Assembly: GCF_910592395.1 (NCBI RefSeq)
Contig: NC_088308.1
Location: forward strand, 2,728,001-2,792,000
Origin: Lineus longissimus
Taxonomy: Eukaryota
DNA: 64,000 nucleotides
Direction: 5' to 3'
In this document: piece after piece, positions 26,795-39,671 of the stretch
Layout of the letters: every line of letters starts with the position of its first letter
Numbering within the stretch: position 1 is the stretch's first letter
The notes under the pieces: generated by a model
Told to the model about the DNA's origin: nothing
Database searches by the model: none
What the model saw: only the letters and a program-made list of their open reading frames with translations
Translations under genes and position numbers: made by a program

Positions 26795-29700
26795 CGTCGT
26801 ATCCTAGTTCAAAAACAGTGGCACGTTTCTTAACCGCTAGGTCTATGAACTTAAAACTTTGTACACATGACCCCCTAGGTCAGATGACCCGTGACACTAA
26901 ATTTCTGTCCGATCTGATTCTCTACTTGGCCACCAGGGGGCCAAATGTGGATATCTAAAAAGTGTGATATCTCGCTTATTAGTGACTTGTTTTCGATGAA
27001 ACTTTTGTTGTAGGTACTCATAGCAAATATACATCTTATATCATACGGCTTTTTAATTTGACCTACTTTTCAAGGTCACAGAGGTCATATGGCGTAAATT
27101 GGCCGTTAGAGTGTAAACTATGGCACGTTTCTTAACCACTAAAGCTATGAACTTGAAACTTGGTACATATAACCCCCTATATCACATAGCCTCTGGTGCT
27201 GAATTTCAGTTTGATCTGATTCTCAACTTTGCCACCAGGGGGCCAAAAGTGGAAATCTAAAAAGTGTGATATCTCGCTTATAAGTGACTTGTTTTCGATA
27301 AAATTTTTATGGTAGGTACCCTTAGGAAGAATACATCACATATCTTACGGGTTTTCAATTTGACCTACTTTTCAAGGTCACAGAGGTCATATGGCGTAAA
27401 TTGGCCGTTAGAGTGTAAACTATGGCACGTTTCTTAACCAGTAAAGCTATGAACTTGAAACTTGGTGCATATAACCCCCTACATCAGATAACCTCTGATG
27501 CCAAATTTTGGCTCGATCTGATTCTTTATTCGGCCACCAGGGGGCCATAATGGAAAAAGTAAGAAGTGCAATATCTTGCTTATTTTTAGTGATTCGTTTT
27601 CAATAACATTTTTATGGTAGGTTCTCCTAGCAAGGATACATCACATATCATATGAGTTTTTGATCTGACCTGCTTTTCAAGGTCACAGAGGTCAAATGGC
27701 GTAAATTTGTCGTTTGATTGTAACTATGGCACGTTTCTTAACCACTAAAGCTTTGAACTTGAAATTTGATACACATGACTCCCTACGTCATGTAACCTCG
27801 GACACCGAATTTCGATCTGATCTGGTACTCAACTCGGCCACCAGGAGGCCAAAACTAAAATAGGTAAAAAGTGCAATATCTCGTTTATTATTGACTTGTT
27901 TTTGATGATATTCTTATGGTACTTACTCCAAGCAACGATACATCACATGTCATACCGACTTTGGTTTGACCTATATACTATACATGTACAATGTTTCTTA
28001 ATCTGGATGAATTACAAAGCACCAAATATCTATACGGTGAGCACAATGGCCCCTGGCCGTTTCATTTTTCAGGTGCACCGGCTGGAAATATAAAATGGCC
28101 CCGGGCAAAAAAAACAGAAATATTATTTGAGTTGATAATGGTTTTTCTGTTTGTGCACCCAGACGGACTTTGATTGAGAAGAGTAGCCGAGTGTCGTTTT
28201 ATAACTTTTCAAGAATCGAATCCCTGTTTTTACAACATTTATGTAGTGCGAGACCTGAGTGAACTTTATTGTAGGAGACTGTCGGTCCTGAATTTAAAAA
28301 AAAATCCTTGCACGTGGTGAATCATGAATTCTTGTGAGAACTGTAATGACTGCTGTTCACATGAACTGTCCACGATGTAGATCAAGTCTTGTGAAGATAA
28401 AAAATACTCAGTTGTGCATCTAATAACATTTTTTAATGTTTCACCTTTATTTACAGGAAAATGAAGGGGATGTCCAGTATCTTCAGTATTGTGAAATATG
28501 TGAAACCTATAAAGCTCCCCGCTCTCATCACTGCAGGAAATGTGATAGGTAAGGAGGTGTGTGTTCCTCATCAGTGGCGCAGATCATCTGTCACCTCCGA
28601 GGTCAAGAGGTTCCATTCAACCGTTTGATCATGTGATAGATAGGGAAACTCTAGCTTAGGCTTTCTCTTGGGGCCCATGTTCTTCCAAGTTCCAACACTA
28701 CATCTCATTGCCCAGTATTGTTAATTTATAAATTTTCCCATCAGGATGAACCTGGTAGAATTTCAATGATGAGTACGTCCTTTTATTGGCTGTAATCTCT
28801 GTGTACATCTGCATCAGACATTCTATCAGACTCTGTTGAAAACCAAGCTGGCGTGCAGTCTGGGTTTGCCCCTACAGTAGGTAACAAGAGCTACTGTAGT
28901 AGTCGCTAGTACTATTGGCCCCTGTTGCTCTTGTCGCAATATTTCATAATTAATATTGTGATTATTCACACTCCAACATTTCAGATGTGTGATGAAGATG
29001 GATCATCACTGTCCTTGGATCAATAACTGCTGCGGCCACCGCAACCACCGATCATTCACGCTCTTCCTCTTCTTTGCACCATGTGGTTGCATCCATTCCT
29101 TAGTCATCTTGGTGTCTTCCCTCTATAGAGCAGTCAATGCAGTAAGTTCTACTTATTATATCTACATGGCCTTGAATGGCAGACTTAGATTTGTAGCCAC
29201 CAAACTATGCAGCAGTGTTGTTTACTGGCATGTAAAAGTTAAATGAACTTGTGGACCTGATCTGATGTCATCTCATAGAGCCTTTTGGTATTTAATGGTG
29301 TAGTAAGTTGTTGGATGTGCCTTGCTGGTGTACTTTAGCAGCAGCTGAAATCGAGATTTCGGGGTCAAGTATACATGTGCATTATGCACAGTCACCAAAC
29401 TGTTAGCAAAAATAATCAATTCAGAATGTATGCAAAGTACACCTCAAGGTTTACCCTCATTCAACGAAGTTGAACCCGATGGTGGAATGGTGAAGATGTC
29501 TTAGTGTCTTGAAGTTTTACTTTTGTCATTGCAATAACCAAGATGACTGGCAAATCTTTGTACTTTTATTCTTGCAATGAAGAATTTGTAATGTCACTAT
29601 TTACTCTCTATTTAAAAGATTGTTTCCTTTCAGGATAGGATTTTGTCATCTTAATTTCATGAAGTTCTTTCAATATTTTATTTAGCATTATTATATCTAC

Positions 29701-31824
29701 TATGGCTCTGGTGATGAACCCATAGTAGTCCTTGGTCTGATTCCTTTCCTGGCGTGTATATTTGCTACCGGGCTTGCTATTGGAGTTATCTTAGCTGTTG
29801 GAGGACTTTGTGTTGTACAGGTAAGCAAGCCCTGTTGAAAGTAGAACCTGAAAACAGCCTTAATGGGGTGAAAATATATGACTTTGCCATGAAGCACACC
29901 GCTTCTGTGCAGTAGACAAGTTCCTGATCAACACTACAATTGTCAGGCGATTTTGATCATGACTCGTTGACCTAGATCAGAGACAGCTGCATCTCTCTCA
30001 TCATAGGGAAAACATGATGCCTCCTTATTAGTATGCCTTTGACCAAAAAACTATTCAATATAAAGTGATCAGCTGTTTGGAGGCTCCGGCAACAGCCAAG
30101 CCGGTGTGTTTTTTTGGCACTTGATGGTCTTCAAACCTACCAACTTCCGATCATAAGTCTGGTGCTCCTTCACTGTTCAACTGTGCCATACCCATTGAAA
30201 CATTTATTCAACAAGATTTATATCAAACTGATTGAGACTTTAAAATTTCAGTTGAAAAGTATCTTGAAGAATGAAACTGGGATTGAATCATGGATTATAG
30301 AAAAAGCCGAGTATCGTCAGCAGGCTGATGATGAGCCAGATTTCGTTTATCCATACGACCTGGGCAAATGGGACAACTTCAAACAAGTGTTCACATGGAA
30401 GGGAACGCCAGTGTCCAATGGTTTAGTGTGGGATGTTAGAGAGGGATGTAATCAATATACATTAACTGTAAGTTGGATTCTCTGTCTGCAGATGCAGAGA
30501 CCTTGTTTCATCACTTGAAAACACATAAAAACAGATGTCTAGGCACACCTAGATCCATCTATTCCAAATGCAGTGAAACGCAATTACTTTGTACCCACGT
30601 ATGAAATTTCTAAGACTGATGAGTTCATATTACCTCAGTGCCACCCGTCAGCTTCTGAGTGGTGTAGTGTAAACAACAGCGTCAGTCACCTCTAAGGTCC
30701 TGGGTTCAATTCCCAGTATACTCATGAGATAGATGTCTTTTACTGAGTGTAAACCTCTGTCTCTCTTACCTTCCAGATGGAACAAATTGCCCAGAAGAAG
30801 GAGAAGAAAGACCGTGCCATCCAGTATACTATAATAGAGCAATATAGTGGTAGTTGGTTCCCAATTAGCCGAGGGTTCAAAGTGTGCTGCTGCCCACCAT
30901 GTACAGACGAGGCAAGGATAGCAGTGAAAAAAGGAGACGAGGTACTCGTTACCAGGTGGAAAAAGTAAGTTGGAGTTACAATAAAAAGTTTTGAAACAAA
31001 TGTTTTTTTTGCATGTTATTAAAAGAAGAAATCAAGACCAAGTTTGTGATTAATACTGTTTAACTATGAACTTTATTTCTGAGGCGCTCTAAAGAGAGGG
31101 GAGGAATCAACTTTTATCACCCAACAATGCAGGTTTGGAGCTAAAATATTGAACAAAACTGCAGCCGCAGCCAAGGATTGGAGAGAAATGTCGACTCTAC
31201 CAAAGCAGTGTTCGGTGGTACAACAGACAGTGAATTGTCAATGTCTATTCGACACCTCAAACTTGATGTCATTTGGCCAAATCTGCTGAGAATCTGCTTT
31301 CATTTGACGACCATATGCTTTGTTTATTTCAGACATTGGCTTTATGGCGAGCTGATCCATCCTAAGAAAGCAGTTGCACCTCCTCCAACAGGTATGCATC
31401 ATCACTTATAATCAGGCAGTTAAATGCACCAACTTCATGGTTCAGTATTACTGTATCTTCATGCAAAATATGCTTTATTGTAAAATTGGCTTAGCCCATA
31501 TTTGCCAATTTGTTCATGCATTCAAAGATAAGGCTTTTATTTGAATCAAATAGCAGTTCAGAATCTCCCATATTGTAATGTGTTTGCCAAAAAGAGGCAC
31601 GGGGAGCTCCTACGATATGAGAAATTTAAAAAAAACTGAAATGTTACTTCAAATTTACAGTCCATTGCGTGGGATTAGAGATAGTGAAGTGTTATAAAGT
31701 TGATTTAATTGTTTCCTTTTTTTTAGGACGTGATCGAAAGCGAGGTTGGTTCCCAAGAAAGTGTGCCGTTGAGTTGGTCAACAATGGTTGTACATTCCCT
31801 AATTTAAGCAAGAAAGAGGACTGA
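26435..31824 (+). CDS. ZDHHC6: Palmitoyltransferase ZDHHC6 (DHHC domain plus C-terminal SH3-like domain); 8 coding exons
   Basis: Exons 26435-26668, 28457-28548, 28985-29141, 29686-29820, 30252-30467, 30777-30964, 31333-31391, 31727-31824, all phase-consistent. Motifs: [75 protein letters not shown], and C-terminal KKED (KKxx ER-retrieval signal). Confidence 0.95.
26702..28069 (+). mobile_element. Non-autonomous Helentron-like (HINE/DINE-type) element with (GTC)n microsatellite and ~3.8 internal 302-bp tandem repeats, in ZDHHC6 intron 1
   Basis: T-run flanks; sub-terminal inverted repeat GCTCACCGTA (26708-26717) / TACGGTGAGC (28033-28042); 3' hairpin AATGGCC-CCT-GGCCGTT; (GTC)n at ~26742-26800; TGGCACGTTTCTTAACC recurs at 26819, 27121, 27423, 27727. 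Confidence 0.8.
30652..30760 (+). mobile_element. Degenerate tRNA-derived SINE head in ZDHHC6 intron 5
   Basis: A-box-like TGGTGTAGTG and B-box GGTTCAATTCC with TCACCTCTAAGGTC between them; related TCACCTCYGAGG fragments at ~28591 and ~7775; no complete cloverleaf. Confidence 0.45.
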
Positions 31825-32804
31825 TTGGAGCAATCTTTATGTGAATGGTAGCAGTAAATGAAGAGCTTTGATGCAATGAAATCACATGTGATGAAAAGGC
31901 TTGTTTGCATGTTGAGAGAGAGGAGATTAGACTTGGTTGTACTGGTTTCTCTTCCAGACTCTCATCTCCTCATTGTAAAATTGGATCGAATATTCTCTGA
32001 GCAGGGTGATGTCATTCATACACTTTTATATTTTTATATTTTGGTAAAGTTTATCAGAGTCACCTTGGAATTTCAGGGGTTAAAATTTGTGAGAATGTTA
32101 GCGTTTGATAGGTCAAGGTGATCAGAGTGAGGTTATCGTGTCTAGGTCGTCACTTTATTTTATTTGAGGCAATATTTTGTCAATTGTGCACATCTTTTTG
32201 TAGTTTGAAATGATTGTGATCTGTCACTTTCCATTGGTTTATTTTGAGTTGGACACCATGACTTTGTATCATGCATTTGTAATTTGGCTTCTACACAACA
32301 CTCCAATTACCTGTAATCACTGGTCAATTGACTGGGATTAATGTGTGTAGCACGTTCCAATAACCTTAAACCTGAACTCCTACAAATGCTATCGGTTTTT
32401 TTTAGCCGGTCAAATGACGTAACGTTGTTCGTCCATTGTGGTGCAGGGATTTGCAAAGGTCATGTATTATTACTGTTTGTCATTCATGGCAGTATTTCAC
32501 ATCATCTAATGTAAACCAGGAGGTTTCAAAAGGCCCAAAACTTCAACTGTAATGCATTCACCATTGAAATATGCCAGCAAATGCAATATTAAGTCTCCAA
32601 TTGAAAATGAGCAGGATATGTGTCTTGACCATTATTAACATAATAACTAATATGGGTATGGGGATTTTCAGCGCAGGTCTGAATTTGAACAGAAATCTTG
32701 GTTGAGTAGGTCATTAATTATGGTTGCTGTATCATTCTAGACAATTCACTGTTCATTTATAGAATGCATGTGTATTTACTTACAAGTACTAATGATTAAT
32801 TTTT

Positions 32805-32810
32805 CAATAA
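32805..32810 (+). terminator. Probable ZDHHC6 polyadenylation signal
   Basis: AATAAA ~1 kb after the stop, followed by a GT-rich tract. Confidence 0.55.
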
Positions 32811-33049
32811 AATTAACGTCAGGTAGATGTCATTTGTTGTCCCTTCATTTGAGAATGTTTTGCCCAGGACGACCTGTACACCCTCGCACCTGTACCCTGG
32901 ATACAGGTGACCTGTGCACTGTCACTGGCAATCCCTCCACTCATTTCCCCAAGAGGCCAACTGATGGTTGCGATCTAGGAGGGTACGTAAGCAGTGTACT
33001 CGGATCTACCACTGATAGATAGATGTAGAACACTTCCTCTGAGATCAAT

Positions 33050-35852
33050 CACCACAGAGAGCATACATACCCTTCTGCCTGTAGTGTAGCAGCTATCTCG
33101 CTGTGCTCTCCAAGACGGACCAAACCTGACCATGAAGACAACTCGAGTTGCCTCCTTGTGCCTGGTACAACCTGCCGGTCGTGCTCCTCTGGCAACATCC
33201 AGACCCTTCCGCCTCTCACAGTTGTCTCACTGTGCTCTTGAAGACAGGCCCAACCTGGTCATAGAGACTACTCAAGTAGCCTCCTTGTGCCTGGTACAAC
33301 CTGCCTGTCGTGCTCCTCTGGCAACATCCAGACCCTTCCGCCTCTCACAGTTGTCTCACTGTGCTCTTGAAGACAGGCCCAACCTGGTCATAGAGACAAC
33401 TCAAGTAGCCTCCTTGTGCCTGGTACAACCTGCCTGTCGTGCTCCTCTGGCAACATCCAGACCCGTCCGCCTCTCACAGCTATCTCACTGTGCTCTTGAA
33501 GACAGGTCCAACCTGGCCACGGTGACAACTCAAGTAGCCTCCTTGTGCCTGGTACAACCTGCCTGTCATGCACCTCTGACAACATACAGACCCTTCCGCC
33601 TCCAGCAGCTATCTCACTTTGCCCTTGAAGACAGGTCCAACCTGGCCATAGAGACAAGTAGCCTCCTTGTGAAGGGTACAACCTGCCTGTCATGCGACTC
33701 TCACAACATACAGACCCTTCTGCCTCTAGCAGCTATCTCACTGTGCTCTTGAAGACAGGTCCAACCTGGCCATAGAGACAAGTAGCCTCCTTGTGAAGGG
33801 TACAACCTGCCTGTCATGCACCTCTGAACACATACAGACCCTTCTGCCTCTAGTAGCTATCTCACTGTTCACTTGAAGACAGGTCCAACCCAGCCATAGA
33901 GACAAGTAGCCTCCTTGTGAAGGGTACAACATACCTGTCATGCACCTCTGACAACATTCAGACCCTTCTGCCTCTAGCAGCTATCTGACTGTTCACTTGA
34001 AGACAGGTCCAGCCTGGCCATTGAGACAAGTAGCCTCCTTGTGAAGGGTACAACCTGCCTGTCATGCACCTCTGACAACAAACAGACCCATCTGTCTCTA
34101 GCAGCTTTCTCACTGTTCACTTGAAGACAGGTCCAACCTGGTCATAGAGACAAGTAGCCTCCTTGTGAAGGGTACAACATGCCTGTCATCCAGACCTTTC
34201 TGTCTCTAGCAGCTATCTCACTTTGCCCTTGAAGACAGGGCCAACCTGGCCATAGAGACAAGTAGCCTCCTTGTGAAGGGTACAACCTGCCTGTCATGCA
34301 CCTCTGACAACATTCAGACCCTTCTGCCTCTAGCAGCTATCTGACTGTTCACTTGAAGACAGGTCCAACCTGGTCATAGAGACAAGTAGCCTCCTTGTGA
34401 AGGGTACAACATGCCTGTCATCCAGACCTTTCTGTCTCTAGCAGCTATCTCACTTTGCCCTTGAAGACAGGGCCAACCTGGCCATAGAGACAAGTAGCTT
34501 CCATGTGAAGGGTACAACCTGCCTGTCATGCACCTCTGACAACATACAGACCCTTCTGCCTCGAGCAGCTATCTCACTGTTCACTTGAAGACAGGTCCAA
34601 CCTGGCCATAGAGACAAGTAGCCTCCTTGTGTCTGGTACAACCTGCCTGTCATGCACCTCTGAACACATACAGACCCTTCTGCCTCGAGCAGCTATCTCA
34701 CTGTGCTCTTGAAGACAGGTCCAACCCAGCCATAGAGACAACTCAAGTGGCCTCCTTGTGAAGGGTACAACCTGCCTGTCATGCACCTCTGACAACATTC
34801 AAACCCTACCGACTCTAGCAGCTATCTCACTGTTCACTTGAAGACAGGCCCAACCTGGTCATAGAGACAAGTAGCCTCCTTGTGAAGGGTACAACCTGCC
34901 TGTCATGCACCTCTGACAACATTCAGACCCTTCTGCCTCTAGCAGCTATCTCACTGTTCACTTGAAGACAGGTCCAACCTGGCCATAGAGACAACTCAAG
35001 TAGCCTCCTTGTGCCTGGTACAACCTGCCTGCCATGCACCTCTGACAACATCCAGACCCTTCTGCCTCTAGCAGCTATCTCACTGTTCACTTGAAGACAG
35101 GTCCAACCTGGCCATAGAGACAAGTAGCCTCCTTGTGAAGGGTACAACCTGCCTGTCATGCACCTCTGACAACATTCAGACCCTTCTGCCTCTAGCAGCT
35201 ATCTCACTGTTCACTTGAAGACAGGTCCAACCTGGCCATAGAGACAACTCAAGTAGCCTCCTTGTGCCTGGTACAACCTGCCTGCCATGCACCTCTGACA
35301 ACATCCAGACCCTTCTGCCTCTAGCAGCTATCTCACTGTTCACTTGAAGACAGGTCCAACCTGGCCATAGAGACAAGTAGCCTCCTTGTGAGGGGTACAA
35401 CCTACCTGTCATGCACCTCTGACAACATCCAGACCCTTCTTCCTCTAGCAGCTATCTCACTGTTCACTTGAAGACAGGTCCAACCTGGCCATAGAGACAA
35501 GTAGCCTCCTTGTGAAGGGTACAACCTGCCTGTCATGCGACTCTCACAACATACAGACCCTTCTGCCTCTAGTAGCTATCTCACTGTTCACTTGAAGACA
35601 GGTCCAACCCAGCCATAGAGACAAGTAGCCTCCTTGTGAGGGGTACAACCTGCCTGTCATGCACCTCTGACAACATTCAGACCCATCAGCCTCTAGCAGC
35701 TATCTGACTGTTCACTTGAAGACAGGTCCAACCTGGTCATAGAGACAAGTAGCCTCCTTGTGAAGGGTACAACCTGCCTGTCATGCACCTCTGACAACAT
35801 TCAGACCCATCAGCCTCTAGCAGCTATCTCACTGTGCTCTTGAAGACAGGCC
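33050..35852. repeat. Satellite array, ~22.5 units of 129/124/108 bp
   Basis: GAAGACAGG anchor at 33240, 33369, 33498, 33627, 33751, 33875, 33999, 34123, 34231, 34355, 34463, 34587, 34711, 34840, 34964, 35093, 35217, 35346, 35470, 35594, 35718, 35842 (degenerate first anchor at 33111). Confidence 0.97.
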
Positions 35853-38800
35853 AATGGCATTTAACCTGAAATGCTCTCTGTAAAACTGCTTATGTGGAGA
35901 CAAGTTGTATCCTCTCAATAAGGTAATGACAATCATTGTGAAATGAATAAAGACATGAGACTTTCATATCCAATGAGTAACAGTTTATTGCATTTAATGC
36001 AACAAATATACATTGTATATGTAATGATAGTGCCAGAGATTCATTTAAAAACTTGCTCGATATTCTTTGTGATCCAGTGATCGTGAAGAGAATGAATGAA
36101 TGAGGTTTAATCATAAGAAGTATATCCCTTCCACTTCTATGACGAAATTATTTTCAAATTACCCAAAACCTAATTCTGATATCTACAACTGGAAAGATTG
36201 AATTGAAATTCTGATTAGAAGTGAAATCTACTTAAGAGTTTGGCATTTGCGGTTCTCCCTTTCTCTGAATCATCACCAGAAATTAACCCCAACAATGAAG
36301 AGAGAAACTTGAGTGTAAGAACTGGCCAAATTATGCACATCAAAGTTTCCAAGCTGTGAGTTCATGGTTTGGCTCGACACTTCACTTCCAGGAAGTCAGG
36401 TAAAATCTAGTCAGAATTATTTTAGCACAATATTCATAATTTATTTCAAATTGTTTCAGAAACTTTGATGGGGAAAGAATTACCGATCTTAAAATTACCG
36501 TCACCAAGAGAAAATATTCTGAAATCCACTAAACTTTATTCAAATATCAACTCATATTCAATGAATAGCTGATGTATTTCTTCAAATTTCTGCTCAAATC
36601 TTTAGAAGGGAATAGGACTTTTTATTTTGAAGGACAGCCAGTTTTAAAGACACATCCGGCAAATCTGCAGTGACACAATCATTGAGCAAAGAACTTTGAA
36701 CCTGTTCTTTACAAAACAGATGAACGTCTTGAAAAAAACCCAACACAACTTGTTGCTTCCATTTATCCTTCTGTTCCCTTTTTGCCTTTTCCATTCTCCC
36801 ATTTCTTTCCAAAGAAAACTTGTTTTCCATTCCACATCTTTTGAATATTTACTGGAATTTTCATAACCAGTACTCACGAAAATTCTTCTGAACAAAGTTT
36901 CGCCACAGGTTTCATTTGAAACTCCACAAAAAGACAAAAATGGGAAAAGATGAATAGGAAAACCCTTCCGGAACACTGTAGCAAGTGAAAGATAATAAAT
37001 ACTCATCTGTACTGTACGACATGAGTACACATATAAATTATATAAAAGTGACTAGTTTGTAATTCAACTACAGTAATATACAAAGTTGCAATTGTTACAA
37101 AATGGAAGTTACCATGACAACCGAATGTTTGTCAGTCCAAGTGTCGAACGAGTAATAATAAATATTAAAGTGTTCGTAATACTAATTTGATTCTAATTAA
37201 TATCATTCTCTAATTCTGGCCACAAAGAGGTGATTACTAATCAGGTTTTAATCATTTATTTATCAATTAAGATTACAATGTTTAATTAATCAATAAGACT
37301 AAGAAGTCTAGAATTTTATGAATTACCAATCAAAAATAAAAAGCCGTCGGTTGACATTATTAAGCTGAAATAATAATTAATCAAATTACACAAACAATAC
37401 CTGTCGTTCTGTGCTGACAACTCTTATTTCATTTTTCTTTGCATTTAATCGCATGTCGTCCACCAGCGGCATAGCGTAAACTTTTGTGTCATTAAGACTT
37501 GTCCTTCATGCACATGACAAATAAATTAATTTAGCAATAGATGCATTTGAAAAAATGAGATGTTCGGATTCTGGCAAAGTCAAATCATATCACTCTCTGT
37601 CATGGATATGCACAGACTCCCCCTAGTGGTAAGTATAAAATCATTCAATCAAGTATCACCGATTCCACTTGGTTTCTCAAAGTACACTACACTACACAAC
37701 TACATTTAAACCAAAAATATCATAAACAAAATACATGGTGCAGAGTGGTTTATATACATGTATACACAAGGTTGAGATTGATGCCTCCTGCTTAAGGACC
37801 CAATGGCTGGGACTGAGGTCCTAGAATGTTAGGTTTCCCCAAACAGCTCTTTGCAGCAAGAAAATGAAGCTAATACTATGAGTATTTGATTCAATTTGTA
37901 CCCAATTTTTGTATATACAGCCAAATTTTTCTTCCCGATACAGAAGAAAATAATTTTCTTGAGAGATGATATTACTATCTTATTTATTAGTTGATTCATT
38001 TAATGGCACAAACAATTCGCGCTCGTGAAATACAGGATTACTTCATTTCCGACCATCATCTTGCCGCAATGAGCTTTCTTGTGCCAAAACGATATAACTG
38101 GAATTCCCAGCGTAAAATCAGGCTGCAAAAATACTATCTATAGCCTGTGTACATGGAACACATACACAGAAACATAATGAATGAAAAGCCTACAGCGACG
38201 GCTCTATATACAGAAGACTCTCTCCTAGTTTATAACATTTTAAACTAGCAACAGAAAACAATATCTTAAAAGGTCAACATCACTACACTTGACAAAGAAC
38301 AATCGACACACAATTTCACAGATAACCAGATTGTTGGTGTCACGAAATGAAAAAGCACCATTTGCTAAAACACCAAAATGCAATACTTCTCAAGCGAGGT
38401 CATGAATGAAATGAAAGTCGGCACAGGTAAGACCATGCACACCCAAGTTGGAGTCCCACCTTCTCGAGGAGAGCCTGTGTGAAGGCACAAAGTCGACAAG
38501 AAATTGATGATGCTAGAACATGAAGATTACTTTTGCAATAGCATGCACTTCAATAACTATCAATTTTTTCAAATCTAAAACCAATTACACCAAATTTGTG
38601 AATACCTTGATCTTTTTTTTGGGGGGGGGGTAGTTCATCGAAACTCCCGCTTAAAGTTAGACGTAAGGATAAGATACTGAAGGAAACATGCTTTATATCT
38701 ATTTGGAATTTTTAAAAGCATAATTTCAAATTGTGGAGTTAATTATGTATTTGTGCACCATTCATATTCTGTCGTAATCAAAGGCTATTCACATTTTGAT

Positions 38801-39176
38801 AAAATTGGCTGACTGGCAGTGCCTTAAAAAGTACAAATTCATATTACTATTAATTTTTGATTAATCAATAGTACTAGTAACTGGTACGTCACGTAAAAAA
38901 TATGTTCCATACAACAATGGTTTAAAATTCAATTCAAAATGCTTTTGAATGTAATTACATGTATTCTGAAAATAAAACTTTATAGGCTGTCTATGACAAA
39001 GAGACTAATGAAAGGAACCTATAAGTTCTAAGAATATTTGTAAGATTGACTTTGAATGAATAAAACACTCCCCAAGAACTAACTAATTTTGCGATATTCA
39101 AAGTTAGGGTTGAAAAAATTAGAATGATAGAATTCAAAAGATCTAGTTCGACACTGTTCGTAAATCATGGGTATTA

Positions 39177-39348
39177 GGCCGAAGTTACATAGGCCTCATT
39201 CGTTCATTTACCACGAGTCACTTTCCGGGTTTTTCTTTCATTCCTCGGTGAATGCACACCACAAGGCCGTGCATTCACAGGGGAAAGAAAGCAAAAGGGG
39301 AAAATGAGTCCTGGGAAATGAACGAATGAGGTCTATGTTACTTCGGCC
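39177..39348. mobile_element. 172-bp PIF/Harbinger (Tourist-like) MITE, nearly full-length hairpin
   Basis: GGCCGAAGTTACATAGGCCTCATTCGTTCATTT pairs with AAATGAACGAATGAGGTCTATGTTACTTCGGCC; inner GTGAATGCAC/GTGCATTCAC; TTA on both flanks. Confidence 0.85.
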
Positions 39349-39629
39349 TTATGTGCGAGTGAAACGGGAACTGCACGATTTACAAATTTGACACCACAGA
39401 ATAGTTACAGAAGGTATCCAATACAAAGGTGCATCCCAACTTGTGAAACCCGGAGGTACACATTGATCATAGGTAAGAAAAGTCACAAAAATACTGTGAA
39501 GGTTTCTCAGTTCTGTACAACACATAAATTATGCCTTATCTTCGGATGCGAGTTTTCACACTTTGATTTTCCACTCTGACTAGTTCTATTATAGAAAAGA
39601 GCTGACAGTTGACTCGTCTGTTCCACACT

Positions 39630-39671
39630 GACTAGTCACTAGTCACTAGTCACTAGTCACTAGTCACTAGT
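39630..39671. repeat. (ACTAGTC)n heptamer repeat, ~5.5 copies
   Basis: Read directly from the sequence. Confidence 0.9.

Noticed and set aside
26740..26958. Poly-Arg / poly-Val ORFs
   Set aside because: They are translations of the (GTC)n microsatellite inside the intronic element.
30652..30720. tRNA gene
   Set aside because: It has A/B-box-like motifs only, with no acceptor or anticodon stems; treated as a SINE relic.
33132..33752. 206-aa repetitive ORF and antisense ORFs in the satellite
   Set aside because: They arise because the 129-bp unit is a multiple of three; the frame breaks in the 124-bp units; there is no domain or splice context.
33050..35852. CRISPR-like array or ribozyme-bearing (retrozyme) repeat
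   Set aside because: Units repeat in full with no unique spacers; no CUGANGA/GAAA hammerhead core was seen on either strand; the context is eukaryotic.
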